In this document: positions 1-13,150 of the stretch, one piece after another
How positions within the stretch are numbered: the stretch's first letter is position 1
Layout of the letters: each line of letters begins with the position of its first letter
Assembly (NCBI RefSeq): GCF_001447785.1
Contig: NW_015173209.1
Coordinates: 77,520 to 141,519 of the forward strand
Source of the DNA: Gekko japonicus
Lineage: Eukaryota
Length of the DNA: 64,000 nucleotides
Direction: 5' to 3'
Program-made: the position numbers and the translations under genes
The notes under the pieces: model-generated
The model's database searches: none
What the model saw: the letters and a program-made list of their open reading frames with translations, nothing else
What the model was told of the DNA's origin: nothing

Positions 1-1136
1 AGTCCCGGAGGCACCTGCTTGAATGTGGAGTGCCTCAAGGGGCAGTGCTTTTCCATATCTACACGCGCCCCCTTGCCCAGATTTCCCAGAGGTTTGGGCT
101 GGAATGTCACCAGTACACTGATGACACCCAGCTCTATCTGATGTTCGGCGGTCAGTCAGACTCCAGACCGGAAGATCTGGACCGGGCATTGCACGCCACG
201 GCTGGTTGGCTCAGGCTGAGTCGGCTGAAGCTAAACCCAGCGAAGACAGAGGTCCTGTGCCTGAGTTGGGGCAGTTCGGAGTTGGGGCTCCTGCTCTCGG
301 CCTTTGACAGGGCGCCATTGGTGCCTGCGCCAGTGGTTAGGAGTTTGGAAGTGCTCCTGGAACCCTCTCTGGCAATGGAGGCCCAGGTAGCAGCCACTGC
401 TAAGTCGGACTTCTACCATCTGCGGCTCATTCGGCAGTTGGCTCCCTTCTTTGATCACGACAACCTAGCTACAGTGATCCACATGATGGTCACCTCGAGG
501 CTAGACTATTGTAATGCTCTCTAAATGGGGCTGCCCTTGGTGCAAATCCGGAGGCTGCAGCTAGTGCAGAACGCCGCGGCCAAGCTATTGATGTGTCTCC
601 CTAGATGGGAGCACATCTGGCCAGTGCTGAAGGCACTGCACTGGCTGCCAATAGCATACCGAATTCACTTCAAGGTGCTGGTACATACCTTTAAAGCCCT
701 ATATGGCCAGGGTCCAACATACCTGAGGGACTGCCTTTCCTTGTATATACCCTAGAGAGCACTACGGTTGGGGGTGCAACATCGACTGGTTATTCCAGGC
801 CCCAGGGAGGCCAGGCTCACAGTTACTAGACCACTATTAATATCTGTTGTGGAGGCTGGCTGCAGTGAGATCGAGCCAAACCACCTCGGAGCCTGTAATT
901 GACTGAGCCTGCATGACATGTTACGCCATCTTGGTTAAATATCACTGAATGCACTTTAATCAGACATCATTGATTGTTTGAATGTTTTAAATTTTTTAAC
1001 AGTGTTAAATATTTTAAGTTTTAAATGTTTTGACTGTATATGAACCTTGGCACACTGTGCCCTGAAATGTGAGCCGCCCTGAGCATGTTTGTGGGGAGGG
1101 CGGGTTATAAATACAACAAACAAACAATAAATAAAT
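1..1136 (+). mobile_element. L2-clade LINE, degraded 3' part (RT C-terminus and 3' UTR)
   Basis: ORFs 30-524 and 525-755 carry PQG, YTDDTQLY, LNPAKTE, SRLDYCNAL, LQLVQNAAAK and LHWLP motifs with an in-frame stop; ends in gagccgccctgag...gggcgggttataaat plus (TAAA/CAAA)n tail. Confidence 0.9.
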
Positions 1137-1340
1137 ATGTTAAGTTGCAGCTGACTTTTGGCAACCCTGTAGGGTTTTCAAGGCAAGAGAAGAACACAGG
1201 TGATTTGCCATTGCCTGTCTCTGGGTAGCAACCTTGGAATTACTTGGTGTTCTCCTATCTGTGCACTAAATGGGGCTGACCCTGTTATGTTCTGAGATCT
1301 GACAATACATCAAGCAAAACCGTGTCATCCAGGTTAGAGC
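1137..1340 (-). mobile_element. 5S rRNA-derived SINE with RTE-like tail, degraded
   Basis: Reverse complement resembles the 5S internal region (gtcagatctcagaa..aacagggtcag..ggagaacaccaag) and aligns with copies at 19215 and 50187. Confidence 0.7.
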
Positions 1341-2094
1341 CACCAAGGAACTAGGGAAAGCTAAATGTCTCATAGTATCTTTGCTGTGTGGGGTTACATT
1401 TTTCAAATCCCATTAAGGTCAATGGGATAAGAAGTGGATAAGAAGGCTTAGGATGGCACTGGTAGTGTTGTACACTCAACTCATCACATGACAATAAAAT
1501 AAACCTCATGGTCATTGAAGGATGTAAGCAGGCGGTCTTTAAGATGTTCACTCTCTGAGGGCCAGTTGTAGCTCCTCTGGCTTGCTTTAGACAGCAGCTG
1601 CAAAAAGATGCCCAAACATATTTTCTCTAGCTCTGTGAATGTTGCAAAGTCCTATAATTTTTTAAAAACACGGTAATTAACTCAGGCATTCCAATATGAG
1701 ATTTGCAAATGAGATAGCACAGCACTTTGGATTCCTGAGTAAGTAATACTGGCATTGCCCAAGCTTTAAATACTGCTTATTTAGAAACTCCTTAGCAGCT
1801 GAGCCAGTAGTCAAATAGGTGTTTTACATTTAGTCATGCATAGATCGAACTAATCTGATCTTCTGTATTCCAGCTAGAAATTATTCTCTGAGCCTTCTAA
1901 GCTGAAGTTTTTTCCTCCCAGTTTTGCTAACTGAGGTAATTGAACCAGAAATTCCAGAGATGAAATCTGAAAAATGCCAAGCTTGTGCTCTACCAGAATA
2001 TTTGAATGTTTCTACAATGTTTAGCATGCTGCCAATAATGCAGAACTTCTGCTTCAGCAAATAGTGAAAGAAAGAACAGATTTGATGTCTCAAA

Positions 2095-2312
2095 ATGTCT
2101 TTTTTATTGTTTCTGGTGCTTCTGCAGTTTCCTTGTGTTGACTGTAGGAAGTCATTGACCATGTGTATATTCAAAAATTCCTTTTCTGGACTCCATACAT
2201 ATTACAAACCAGGTGATTATATCATTGGAGGCATTCTATCTCAGTTCAGTTCTACACCCTCCATACTGACTTACAAGAGACCCCCAATGCCTACACGAAT
2301 GAATTCTGGCAT
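2095..2312 (+). CDS. V2R exon 1 (signal peptide, start of Venus flytrap domain)
   Basis: MSFLLFLVLLQFP signal-like N-terminus; YYKPGDYIIGGI motif; donor gtaagt at 2313. Confidence 0.88.
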
Positions 2313-2363
2313 GTAAGTAGGTTTGTTTCTTTTTTTCCCCCTGAAAGATCAAAGCCATCCATA

Positions 2364-2545
2364 GGGTTGGATCCAGCTACCTTTTTCACTCAATCTTCCC
2401 CAGTGCTCCTCTGTACTATAACCTCCACCCCACATGGCTGTTCTCCATGCTGATCCCATCATTCCTGAAATCTCCATTATGGGAGGATCAAAGGGGACCC
2501 CTCCTCTCCTTTTTTCCTAGCAGAAAAGCTACTTGGATCTCACCC
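2364..2545. mobile_element. MITE, Harbinger-like, GGGTTGGATCCA-TIR family
   Basis: TIRs gggttggatccagctacc / gctacttggatctcaccc; 3-bp TSD ATA. Confidence 0.7.
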
Positions 2546-3615
2546 ATAATCTAAAATTACTCAATATAATATAAAATGAGAATTTCTTTTAATGTTTTCT
2601 GTATTTTTAATGGATGATTTAAGTTATGTAGAAGCACTGACTTGAGAAATGCAAACATAATGAGAAGACTGGACATACTGATGAAACAGCAATATCTCTG
2701 GAAGCATTTGTAATATATTTATTTATGATTTATTTGTAATATATTTATGTGCTGCCTCTGCAGAATTCAACTGTAGGCAGCTTACAGTTACAACATTTGT
2801 TTAAAATATTTATATGCCTCTTTCCTCCTGAGGATCTCAGGACCTGAGTATTTACTACTTCAATACCATTTAGGGTCCTTCATTCATATGTGATACAAAA
2901 ATGAACTAAGGAGTAGAAACACCTTTCCACACAGTCTTCCGCTACATTCCACGGCTCATTTCATTGCTGGACTGATACAGTGGACAAGCCTACCGTCCCA
3001 CTCAACACTGGTTATAGCAGTCAGGCATGCCTCTATTCACCTGGCCATTTCTTTTGCTATTTCCTGCCACAATCATTCAACTCCCCCTTCTCCATCAACT
3101 GGATATCATTCATTTATTTAAAATATGTATACCCTACCCCCCCAGTCATTAAAAACTAGCTTGACAGTCTACAGAAATATAAAATACACATGGAAAGGAT
3201 TGACTCTCTTCGAAGCATGGTCACTTAAACCCAATTAGAAGAGTGCAACTTTGCTTAAAAGAACACTGCAAGTCATTCAGTAGAGCACAGCCATTGATCT
3301 GATTCGGTATTTATCTTAATCCAAGAAGTCAGGAGTTAAGGACTGGTCTTGATATGCCCAAACTCTGTTGAATTTATAGTCTATATATACATTACAGTTC
3401 TCATGAGTCCTAGAAAAAAAAATATTAATACTGGCAAGGATGCTTCTGATCTATTTTTAAACAAACAAACAAACAATATCTTTGAATTTGAGATGCAAAA
3501 TGAAATTTGTTCTACTCATTAAAAATACTTAATGAATCAGATCACCAGTGTTTACTTGGATTTTGTTAATATCAATACTGTTGTAGCTAAATCTCTCTGT
3601 CTAACCAATCATAAA

Positions 3616-3798
3616 GGATTGGATCCAACCAGCTTTCCTGCTGGTGAATGAGAATGGATTCCCTTTGGCCATCAAAATGCTATGCTGGAGACTGTGTAAA
3701 ATGCATGAAAAATAATGATGTAGGACAGGGGATGTAGTAAGAAATGGAAATGGGCAAGATTGAACTTCCCTCTCAAAAAAGCTGGCTGGATCCAACTC
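3616..3798. mobile_element. MITE, GGGTTGGATCCA-TIR family
   Basis: TIRs ggattggatccaaccagctt / aagctggctggatccaactc; about 183 bp. Confidence 0.6.
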
Positions 3799-3901
3799 TG
3801 CACTTGCAAACAGAAAGGTACTGTATGGCATAAGCTATGTCGTGGATACTGCAGACTATATTTAGCAGAACAAATAAGGATATGGTGGGATCTCATTGCA
3901 G

Positions 3902-4193
3902 AATGCAGACCAAGAACTACCAGCATGTCCAAGCACTAGTTTTTGCTGTTAATGAGATCAATGAGGACCCCCTGCTGCTAGCCAACATATCCTTGGGATT
4001 CTGCATATATGATAATACTTTTGATTCAAGGAAGACCTATGAGACAACTCTGGCTGTTTCCTCAACCCAGAACAGAAGGCTTCCAAATTACAAGTGTGAC
4101 ATGAAGGACAACTTGTTGGCTCTTATAGGAGGAATAGATGCCGAAACATCTGTTCAAATTTCAAATGTCTTACACAGCTACAAAATCCCACAG
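3902..4193 (+). CDS. V2R exon 2
   Basis: KNYQHVQALVFAVNEINEDPLLLANISLGF...PNYKC...YKIPQ; acceptor ttgcag ends 3901, donor gtagga at 4194; 292 nt. Confidence 0.93.
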
Positions 4194-4948
4194 GTAGGAA
4201 AGCTTCCTTTACCTTCCCAGCATATCCAGTCTAATTACCCCACTCCTGGCTACCCTCTCCCAAGCTTCTTCCTGATCCCTCATATTAGGAAGAAAAAATA
4301 AATAGAATGCTTGATGAGAAAAAGGACAAGAAAGTGCCCAGAACAGAGAGTTGAACTAGGGCCCCAGAGACACATATTTAGGTGTGACACTGATAAGATG
4401 TACCTTCTAAGCTGAAGGTACTGCACAGAATAGTTTTGTGGACTGAACTGAGGAGGCAAGAACCAGGTGGGCTGCTCCTGCGGTCCTTGGAGGTTGAGAT
4501 TAAAAAGTTGGGTATGGGGGACAGGTATGTGATGATACCGCCCTACAGCACCTTTCCCTGATTAGTCAGAATGCCAGACTGATGTGGGTCCCTGAAATTT
4601 CACATCCATAGTTCCCCCTTTTGATTCCCAAATTAAGCACATTTCTAATAATTTATTACAAACTTCTCTGAATTTCTCATATTTTACAAGGTACTAAAAA
4701 AACCAGAAATAGCATTGCACTTTTCAGTGTCTGTTCCATATGGACCTTTCAGTCTTTACGAGTTTCTTGGTGCATTTTCCTGCCCATTTGGTGGTAGTTT
4801 GTTTTGGAACCACGCCCACTGTTTTCAGATTTAGGAATAGTTCCTGTCATAAAATTGCCACTATGTGTCTACAAGTAATTACAATGTTAACCACAGATTA
4901 TTCGTTCATGATTTTTCCCTCCTCAGATCTTCATGTCCTTTTTTTTAG

Positions 4949-5809
4949 CTAGTTTATGGCTCATTTGATCACTTACTCAAGGATAAACAAAGGTTTCCTT
5001 CCCTCTACCTGATGGTGCCAGACAATGTGTTTCAATATGTGGCGATAGCACAGTTACTCTTGCATTTTATGTGGACGTGGGTTGGAATCATTGTTCCAGA
5101 TAATGACAGCGGTCACATGTTTGTGCAGACCTTGGTGCCGGTACTCATTCAAAGCAGCATTTGCATTGAATTCACAAAGGCAATTCCAACCATAACCATG
5201 GATTTCAAAGGCTTGGCTCTTATGAAACTAGTTGAATCAATGAGTGGAACTCTCACAAAGGGGAAAGCGAATGTGATAGTTCTTTCTGGAGACTCCCATT
5301 CCCTGTTTGGGTTTAGATTACTGATAGCTTCATATTTACGGTGGTCAATGAAGCCCATAGGAAAAGTTTGGATTGCCTCAACTGATTGTGATATCACCTC
5401 AATAAAAACTCGGGATATCATGGATCTGCTGAGCTTCAATGCAACCCTGTCCTTTGCATCCCAGGCCAGTGAAATTCTGGGATTCAGGGATTTTCTCCAC
5501 ACCTTGAGCCCTCATCATATGTTTGCTGATATTTTCATACGAGATTTCTGGAAGGAGGCATTTGCCTGTGTGTTTGGAAGGGCTGGCTCTGCAACACAAC
5601 GGAAGCAAAAATACTGCACTGGTGAGGAGGAGCTGGATACCCTGCCTGGGTCTGTATTTGAAATGAGCATGACTAGTCAAAGCTATAACATCTACACTGC
5701 CGTTTATACCATTGCACAAGCATTCCATTCTATGTACACTTTGAGACTCAAAAGTACTTTGAGACTGCACAGAAGATACCTGGAGCCTTGGAATATGCAG
5801 CCATGGCAG
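4949..5809 (+). CDS. V2R exon 3
   Basis: LVYGSFD...FPSLYLMVP...LLLHFMWTWVG...FWKEAFAC...CTGEE...SYNIYTAVY...QPWQ; acceptor ttttag, donor gtaatg. Confidence 0.93.
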
Positions 5810-6398
5810 GTAATGTTTTCTCTGGAAGTCTGGACAGCTGACATGTGGTATGGATGCTCCTAGCAGCACAGGTAGTACGCTTCTGACATTCTTACATAGG
5901 AGAAGGAAGGGCTGTAGAAAGAAGTGGAGTTGGCCAAGACTGAGAGAAAAGGCTGGGTGGATCCAACCCTGGGGAAGAAAAGTAGTACGGGGAGCTTGAT
6001 CTGGGCTACAGAATGTGCAGGCAAGGAAACATTTAAGCATGCCTGCATTGCTTCACTGCCCCTAATTTACTCCAGCCTGATTTTCTTTTTTTTAAAAAGT
6101 GCTGAGCTCTAATTAATTTGCCCATGCACCTTATCAAGTGAAGCCTCAACTTATGAGTTATTCTCATGCTCCCTCCTCAGTTGCTGCCTCCTCCCTGTCA
6201 CAATAGACTACATGAAAACCACAGGGTCTGTGCATGTCTGTGTTAAGTACTAGGATGACACTAGCTATGTAACACTTTCAATCGATTGTAGCACTCATGC
6301 CAAAACAGGTTGCCAGTTAGGACTGCCCACAATGGTATAGTCAAACAAGCTGGTGTTATATGTGTCATAGCTTTCTGAAGCCACAATGTAACACCAGA

Positions 6399-6899
6399 GG
6401 TTGAGTTCAGATGGGCAGTTTGAAGTGGGAGGGAGTCATGGCAAAAAAGAGCTGGAACAAACTGTTCCAGCTTCTCCCATTCACACTGCAGCGACTGATG
6501 CGGGAGCATACCGGGAGGAGGCACAAGAGAGCGTTCACACTGTTGGCCCAGAAGCATAGCTGTAAGGTTCAGCTTTCTTTTTTTGGTAATCTGGAGATGT
6601 GCGCTTATGTGCATAGGTGCATAGGTGCTTATGTGCATAAGCAGACAAGAAAAAAACGTGGCTTTTGGTGTTCACACTTTGTTGGTGTGGGATGGACATG
6701 GGATGATCGCGCTTGCCAGGGTTTGCTAGCACTTTCACCAGGTATCTTTTAAACTCAGGAGCGAAGCGTTACAAGACGGTTTGAGTACGGGTGGGGAACG
6801 CTGGACAGATGTGCCTGTGTGAATGACCCATTTAATCCGATTGTGAAATGTTCCTCTCACACACCTATATCGGGGAAAACTGCCCGTCTGAACTTGGCC
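6399..6899. mobile_element. Harbinger-like MITE (about 500 bp)
   Basis: TIRs ggttgagttcagatgggcagttt / aaactgcccgtctgaacttggcc; TSD AGA; second copy at 20624. Confidence 0.8.
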
Positions 6900-7014
6900 A
6901 GAGTGTGATAGGCATAATTATGTATCAAAATAATAAGAGAGCCCCCCTCCTCCTTCTTTCACCAGTGCAAAGCTAAGAGAACCCAACTCCATTATTGCTT
7001 CAGAGAATAACAAA

Positions 7015-7212
7015 GGCTTGGATCCTACAAACAACTTCTGTGTATGGTAGATAGTGTAGAGTGCACTTCCTCTTTTGCTACCACTTCTGTTTGCACAAGA
7101 GCTTCCTGAAAACAACTGACTTTGTGCAAATAGAAGCTCTAGAACAATAGAAAGTGCACTTTGCAGCAGGGACTACCTAGTGCATATGGAAGTTATTCAT
7201 AGGATCCAAGCC
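7015..7212. mobile_element. MITE with GGCTTGGATCCTA TIR
   Basis: ggcttggatccta / taggatccaagcc perfect 13-bp inverted ends. Confidence 0.65.
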
Positions 7213-7375
7213 ATACAGTCCATCAAATAATGGCTATGTAGAATTTATTATGTAATATGGGAAAATATTGTTGGTTGCCATGTTGCAGAAAATCAGTTAT
7301 AATTCTAAAGGAAAGGAGCTTATAAATTATCGTCATGCCAAATTTAAAACAGTGGTATTATTCCTTATATTTTAG

Positions 7376-7576
7376 CTGCATCCATTTTTGGAGAAATTAC
7401 TTCCTAAAAGGAAGGATGAATCAACAACTCGATATAATATTCTAAACTGGATATTGTTCCCAAATATGTCTTTTAACCAAGTGAAAGTAGGAAGAATGGA
7501 CTTTGCTGCTCCTGGAGATCATCATAATTACAGTATTGATGACGATGCTATTATATGGAACAGTATGTTTAATCAG
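7376..7576 (+). CDS. V2R exon 4
   Basis: LHPFL...YNILNWILFPN..VKVG...IIWNSMFNQ; acceptor ttttag, donor gtgggg; 201 nt in frame. Confidence 0.88.
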
Positions 7577-7906
7577 GTGGGGATCTCAGATTCTCGGGAG
7601 CACATTTAATAGGAATGTATCTTTTTGACTGTGGAATATCAGTTCTCTTGTGCCTTTTAATTCTTGTAGGGAAAAGCCAATACCATACAGAATATTACAG
7701 AACACCAGAATACCAAAGCTATTTCTCATACACACATCCCATGATTACCCAAAACTCTCAGCCAATAATAAAGTTAGAGGGAAAATGTACTTCACACATA
7801 AAAGTCACCACTTGATGCTGTAACCGACTAGCAATAAGCCTGCATGTATAAATGAGTCCATGAAGATTTAGGATTCTGTATAGAACTTGCTCAGGTCCCT
7901 CTAGAC

Positions 7907-8142
7907 CAGTGGTGGCGAACCTATGGCACAGAATTCTCTGCCAAATAATTTTAAGTAAATGAAAGCATTTGGGATTGCTTTCCTTACTTTGTTGGATCAT
8001 CTTAAGTTAATGTACGAGTTGTTTTTTTCTAAAGTAAAACCTCAGTATTCAGGTTAAATTGCCGTGTTGGCCCTTTGCGATAAATAAATGGGTTTTAGGT
8101 CGCAGTTTGGGCACTCGGTCTCTAAAAGGTTCGCCATCACTG
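7907..8142. mobile_element. Non-autonomous hAT (Charlie-type) transposon
   Basis: TIRs cagtggtggcgaacct / aggttcgccatcactg; perfect 8-bp TSD CTCTAGAC. Confidence 0.9.
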
Positions 8143-8290
8143 CTCTAGACAGTTTATGCTAGACCCAGCCCCATATGTCAGATTATTGAATTTCAGGGAG
8201 AAAGTGGGTAGAGAGGAACTTAGAGAATTTTCTTTCACAATGCTGCCAACATTCAAACTGAGAAAGGCTATGTCTTGTCTTTATTGGTAG

Positions 8291-8417
8291 ACTGTTCCAC
8301 ATTCTTTGTGCACTGAAAGATGCCATCATGGATACAGCAAGATGCAACAAAAGGAACAGCCGGTTTGCTGCTATGACTGTGTTCCTTGTCCCAAAGGGAC
8401 AATTTCTGATGAAATGG
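8291..8417 (+). CDS. V2R exon 5 (cysteine-rich domain)
   Basis: Read manually (absent from the ORF track): TVPHSLCTERCHHGYSKMQQKEQPVCCYDCVPCPKGTISDEM; 127 nt; AG/GT flanks. Confidence 0.92.
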
Positions 8418-8709
8418 GTAATTTGTTTCAAAATAATGGTCATGACTTTATTGTTTTATATAAATCATAAACACTCATCATTGTCCTTAACAGTGGCACA
8501 GTGTACATAAGCCTGAAGAGTTTTCCTGGCAATCTCCCACATACAGTTGGTCGACAGACAAACACATATATATAACTTGAGTTCTCTGTACATGATCAGA
8601 CACTGGATATAGTCTTAAATTCATGTAGATTTCTTCTGAGAATAAAAGTACATACTTTCATGAAACACAAGAAGCACAGTATGCTCGGAGTCCATGAACC
8701 ATGCACAGT

Positions 8710-9450
8710 AAGGGTGTGCATCCAGGTCTATCTGCGCTGGAAAATATGTGGAAAATACCATATCACTATTTATTGCCTATTCTTTCAGCTGGATATAGTG
8801 GGGGTATGAATTTCAAGCTATCAAGCATAGCCAGACCCGGATAATCCCCCCCAAAAAAAACAGAATTATACAGGAAAAAAAGGATAACTGCAGTTAACTG
8901 CAACCTTTGGCTCCATTATAGCCTATGGGAACCATTACAATCAATGCTCTCCATAAGCTATAATAGGGAATCAATCTGAGGGTATACAGGGGTCTGGGAG
9001 TTGTTGTTTTTAGGTAGAGGCACCAAATTTTCAATGTGGCTTTTGGTGTCTCTCCTCAAAAAAACACACACACACAATTAAAAAAAATTGGACCAGGGGG
9101 TCCAATTCTATGGGCCCCCAAAGAAGGTGCAGGATAGGGACATTTTCTTTGAGGGCCCAGAGAATTTGACCCCCTGGTCCAATCTTTTTTTAAACTTGGG
9201 GGGTATTTTGAGGAGTGGCTACATTGAAAATGTGGTGCCTCTATCTCAAAAAACAGTCCTGAGATACCGTCATAGGGTATAATGGTCCCATAGGCTATAA
9301 TGGAGCTGAACAAATTTGGGATTTTTAGGGGGGGAAACTGAATCTGAATACCATACTGGGTTTTTTTTGGGGGGAGTCCCTTTTTTAGGGTTCAATATCT
9401 CTGAATTTAAAAAAAATCACATTTTTTCACCCCCCTAATGTACACTCCTT
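8710..9450. mobile_element. Degraded non-autonomous DNA transposon
   Basis: Imperfect inverted ends aagggtgtgcat / atgtacactcctt; internal inverted repeat ggaccagggg..caa / ttgacccctggtcc. Confidence 0.45.
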
Positions 9451-9543
9451 CAACTCTGAATTAATGCTTCAGAATCTTGAGCACCAATTGGGATATGCCA
9501 CTGCTTGTGATCTTCCAAATACTTTCACTGTATTTTGGCTACT

Positions 9544-9897
9544 GAGCTGCGGTGGCTCAAGTGGTTAAGATGCTGAACTGCAGGCTGTGGAAGGTCAGTA
9601 GTTCAGCAGTTTGAGACCCGAGTGTGCCGCATGATGGAGTGAGCTCCCGTCTCTAGTTCCAGCTCCTGCCAGCCTAGCAGTTCGAAAGCAAGAAATTGCA
9701 AGTAGATAAATAGGTACCACTTCAGTGGGAGGGTAACAGTATTCTGTGCGCCTTGGTGTTTAGTCCTGCTGGCCACATGACCACGGAAACGTCTTCGGAC
9801 AGCGCTGGCTCTTCGGCTTTGAAACGGAGATGAGCACCGCAACCCCAGAGTCAGATTTGACTGGCTTTCAAGCAAGGGAACCTTTACCTTTACTTAC
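9544..9897 (+). mobile_element. Sauria (Squam1) SINE, full length
   Basis: tRNA-like head, gagctcccg...ctcctgccagcctagcagttcgaaagca core, (ACCTTT)n tail. Confidence 0.85.
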
Positions 9898-10510
9898 CCT
9901 TGGTCATTGCAAGAAGCTTCTTGGGCATCATTAGGAGGTGCCTCTATAGTTGTTTATATGCTTTCATGGCAGATGGATCCAGGTTCAGCTCCTGGTATCT
10001 CTAATTCAAAGGATCTCAGACAGCTGTAGGTGTTTGGAAACTACAGTTCTTTGTCAGAGACACTGTCATAGTAGACAACACTGAGCTATTCTTACCAGGA
10101 GTCTGACTCTGTGCAAACCAGAATCACATGTTAATATATATTAACCTCAAGACATGATTTCTTATCCATACAGTAAGAATTCCCTTCCATGTGGGTTGGG
10201 CTGTGGTTTGTGATCTGCATACCTCATCCCTTAATGGGCAATAGTTTTGTTCTGCACATGAACATATATTGCTTGAGGTCTTTACCATGGATTACAGTTG
10301 ATGAACTAAATGTATAAACTGATTGAACTTGGTTTTGTTCCATGATATAACTATACGTCATACATGCAAAGCATTAATTGTTATTGGCAGTGTTCAGACG
10401 TGTAAACCAGCTTGCGAAGTACATGAAAAATGGGAGCGGTGCCACTGCATTAGTACACTTTGAATTAATCAAGTGGTTGTTGCTGTTTTCTTTTTGTTCT
10501 TTGCTTTCAG

Positions 10511-11424
10511 ATTCGGAGCAATGTGTAAAGTGCACAGATGATCGATACTCAAACGAGGATCGGAATAAATGTCTTCCTAAGCTGATAAGCTTCTTGTCCT
10601 ATCAAGATCCTCTAGCAATTGCTTTGGTTGCATTAGCTGTTGCCTTTGCTTTCATTACAGCTTGTGTGTTGTGGGTCTTTGTGAAGCACCACAACACACC
10701 TATAGTGAAAGCCAACAACCGGGATCTCACATACATACTTCTCATCTCCCTTTTATTGTGCTTCCTCAGCTCTCTGCTCTTTATTGGCTATCCTGGAAAA
10801 GTAACCTGCCTTCTCCAACAAAGTGCTTTTGGCACCATCTTCTCTGTTTCGCTTTCTTGCATCTTGGCAAAAACCATCACTGTGGTTCTGGCTTTCATGG
10901 CCACAAAGCCAGGAAACAGAATGAGAAAAGGGGTGGGGAAACACCTGGCAAAATCTGTGATCATTTCCTGCTCACTCATACAAATTTCTGTGTGTGCTGT
11001 GTGGTTGGGAAGCTCTCCCCCATTCCCAGAGCTTGACATGCATTCACAAAGTGACCAGATCATAGTACAATGTAACGAAGGATCTGTCCTCCTGTTTTAC
11101 ACTGTCTTGGGTTATATGGGTATTCTTTCACTCATCAGTTTCATTGTGGCATTCCTAGCCAGGAGGCTGCCTGATAGTTTCAATGAAGCCAAGTTCATCA
11201 CCTTCAGTATGTTGGTGTTTTGCAGTGTTTGGTTATCTTTTGTTCCCACCTATCTATCCACCAAAGGGAAATATATGGTGGCTGTAGAGATCTTCTCTAT
11301 TTTAGCTTCTGGTCTTGGCTTACTGAGTTTCATATTTTTCCCTAAATGTTATATCATCATTCTGCAACCCAACAAGAACACAAGGGAACTTCTAATGCAG
11401 AAAAGAAAAAGTGCTGCGGTTTGA
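10511..11424 (+). CDS. V2R exon 6 (7TM domain)
   Basis: [47 protein letters not shown]; acceptor ctttcag ends 10510; stop TGA ends 11424. Confidence 0.96.
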
Positions 11425-13017
11425 TCTTTTTACCATATATTTGGGTGGTTCGTACAGTTAGCTTTCATGGAGTGTCAGTTGGCATGGTGGTGAAACACAA
11501 ATATGTGTGCAACTGCCAAAATTTGCAAAATAATATTTGAAGTGGTCCATGTTTATTATAACATGCATGATCCTTCATTTTGAAAAATGAAAGCAAGATC
11601 ATATGAGTGTACATACATGTTAAAAGAATTCAGAATTTCCAAATGTTTGGGGTTTAATTGAAGACAATAGGAACCTCCTATCTCTCAGTAAAACAAGATA
11701 CACTTATCTTTATAAAAAAATTCCTCTCAACTGCTTGCTGTGTTCTCAATGCCTATGCTAAACTCAAAGAGCCTGAAAAAATACAACACCATGTAAAGCT
11801 AACAGACAATTATAACAATAACATTGACAACTGACACACTATTATATCACACACACACATTTCCAAAAAGTCAATTTCCAAGGCAAAATAAATATAGCAG
11901 GTGACATTAGTGCTCACAACTCAAGTCTCTTTGCTTTTGCTTTTTGTAGAAGATTGAAGCAGTCAAGCAGTCAACACGATATACCAGACTGTAAGCAGTT
12001 TCAGTTGAACTTCTTCTCTTCTTCTTTTCTTATAACTTTATTTTTATAACTTTTTCAAAACATAAAATGTCACAATACAGTCAGGTTCTCATGTTCCGGA
12101 ATATAACCACTTCAGTTCTTTTTTTATAAGTGTGACATTCTTAATAAAATAACATAACTGTAACAATAACCTTAACAAAACACAAAATCTACATGTTTCG
12201 TAGGTAAGGCAGTAATAGAGTGATTCGTATTGATCATATATTCAAAAAATGTCAACCAGAGCTGTAGACATTTTCACAGGATCTCCTCCCAGTGAAAGAG
12301 CCAGTTCTGAGAAGTGTTGCTCCTGAAAATGACACAGGACATTGGGAGTGTTGTTTACCAAGTCTACTAAATGTCCTGCCAAAAATAACCTTTGGATTCT
12401 TAACAAAAGACAAAACCTTCTACAATTTAGATATTTGAGAGTTCACTAGATGGAATTTGTCTCTGCAATATTTAATGGTGGCATCTCATAGTCTTTCTTT
12501 CCACTAGTTTACTGCCACTGTTATTGGAAAACATTCCAAAACACCAGATATTACACTGCCCCTAGATTGACCCATCATTGTTAAGTGGGGTAGAGGAACA
12601 CTTGCCCAACCTTTCATTTCCTACTAAATTTCATTGAACATGGAAATCAATTTCTAAGTGCCTCTCCTACCTTAGAAATGAAAAACCATTAAAATGTGTA
12701 TGCAAATGTAAGCCATCCATCCTCTTTTTAAGGGGCTACCTGGAAAATGACCCAGTGTTTCATTGGAGTAAATACTGTATATATGGCATTTAAAGAGTAA
12801 CTATATTAAAGATGTATATAAACACCCTTTGAGTCTCATTTTAATTTGTTGTTGTTGTTGTTGTTGTTTAATTTATACTCCACCCTATCCCATAAGTTTT
12901 GCCAGTGTTGTAATATATGGACTGGGTTCCAGAACAACATGTTTAAAATCAGTCATGTGTAAAAATCAAACAGATAGGGGCCAACATATATCACAGGAGT
13001 TAAGGTACTATTGCAAT

Positions 13018-13150
13018 CAGGTTGCTTCTGACCACTTGTTAGATCTGTATTTCTGAAAATCAATGAACATGGGCAAATGTAACAAAAACAGGTTGCTTCT
13101 GACCACTTGTTAGATCTGAAAATCAATGAACATGGGTAAATGTAACAAAA
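13018..13150. repeat. Tandem duplication, about 70/63-bp units
   Basis: caggttgcttctgaccacttgttagatctg...aatgtaacaaaa occurs twice. Confidence 0.85.

Larger units (their letters stand above)
2095..11424 (+). other. Vomeronasal type-2 receptor (V2R, class C GPCR) gene span; 6 coding exons, 2613-nt CDS, 870 aa, no stops or frameshifts
   Basis: All introns GT-AG with matching phases (2,0,0,0,1); exon lengths 218+292+861+201+127+914 = 2613. Confidence 0.92.

Noticed and set aside
5149-6040. Antisense ORFs over V2R exon 3 (and similar ones over the ORs)
   Set aside because: Shadow frames of real coding sequence with no recognisable domains
10378-10510. N-terminal extension of the 348-aa ORF
   Set aside because: Intron 5 read-through; begins at TTG and precedes a clear acceptor
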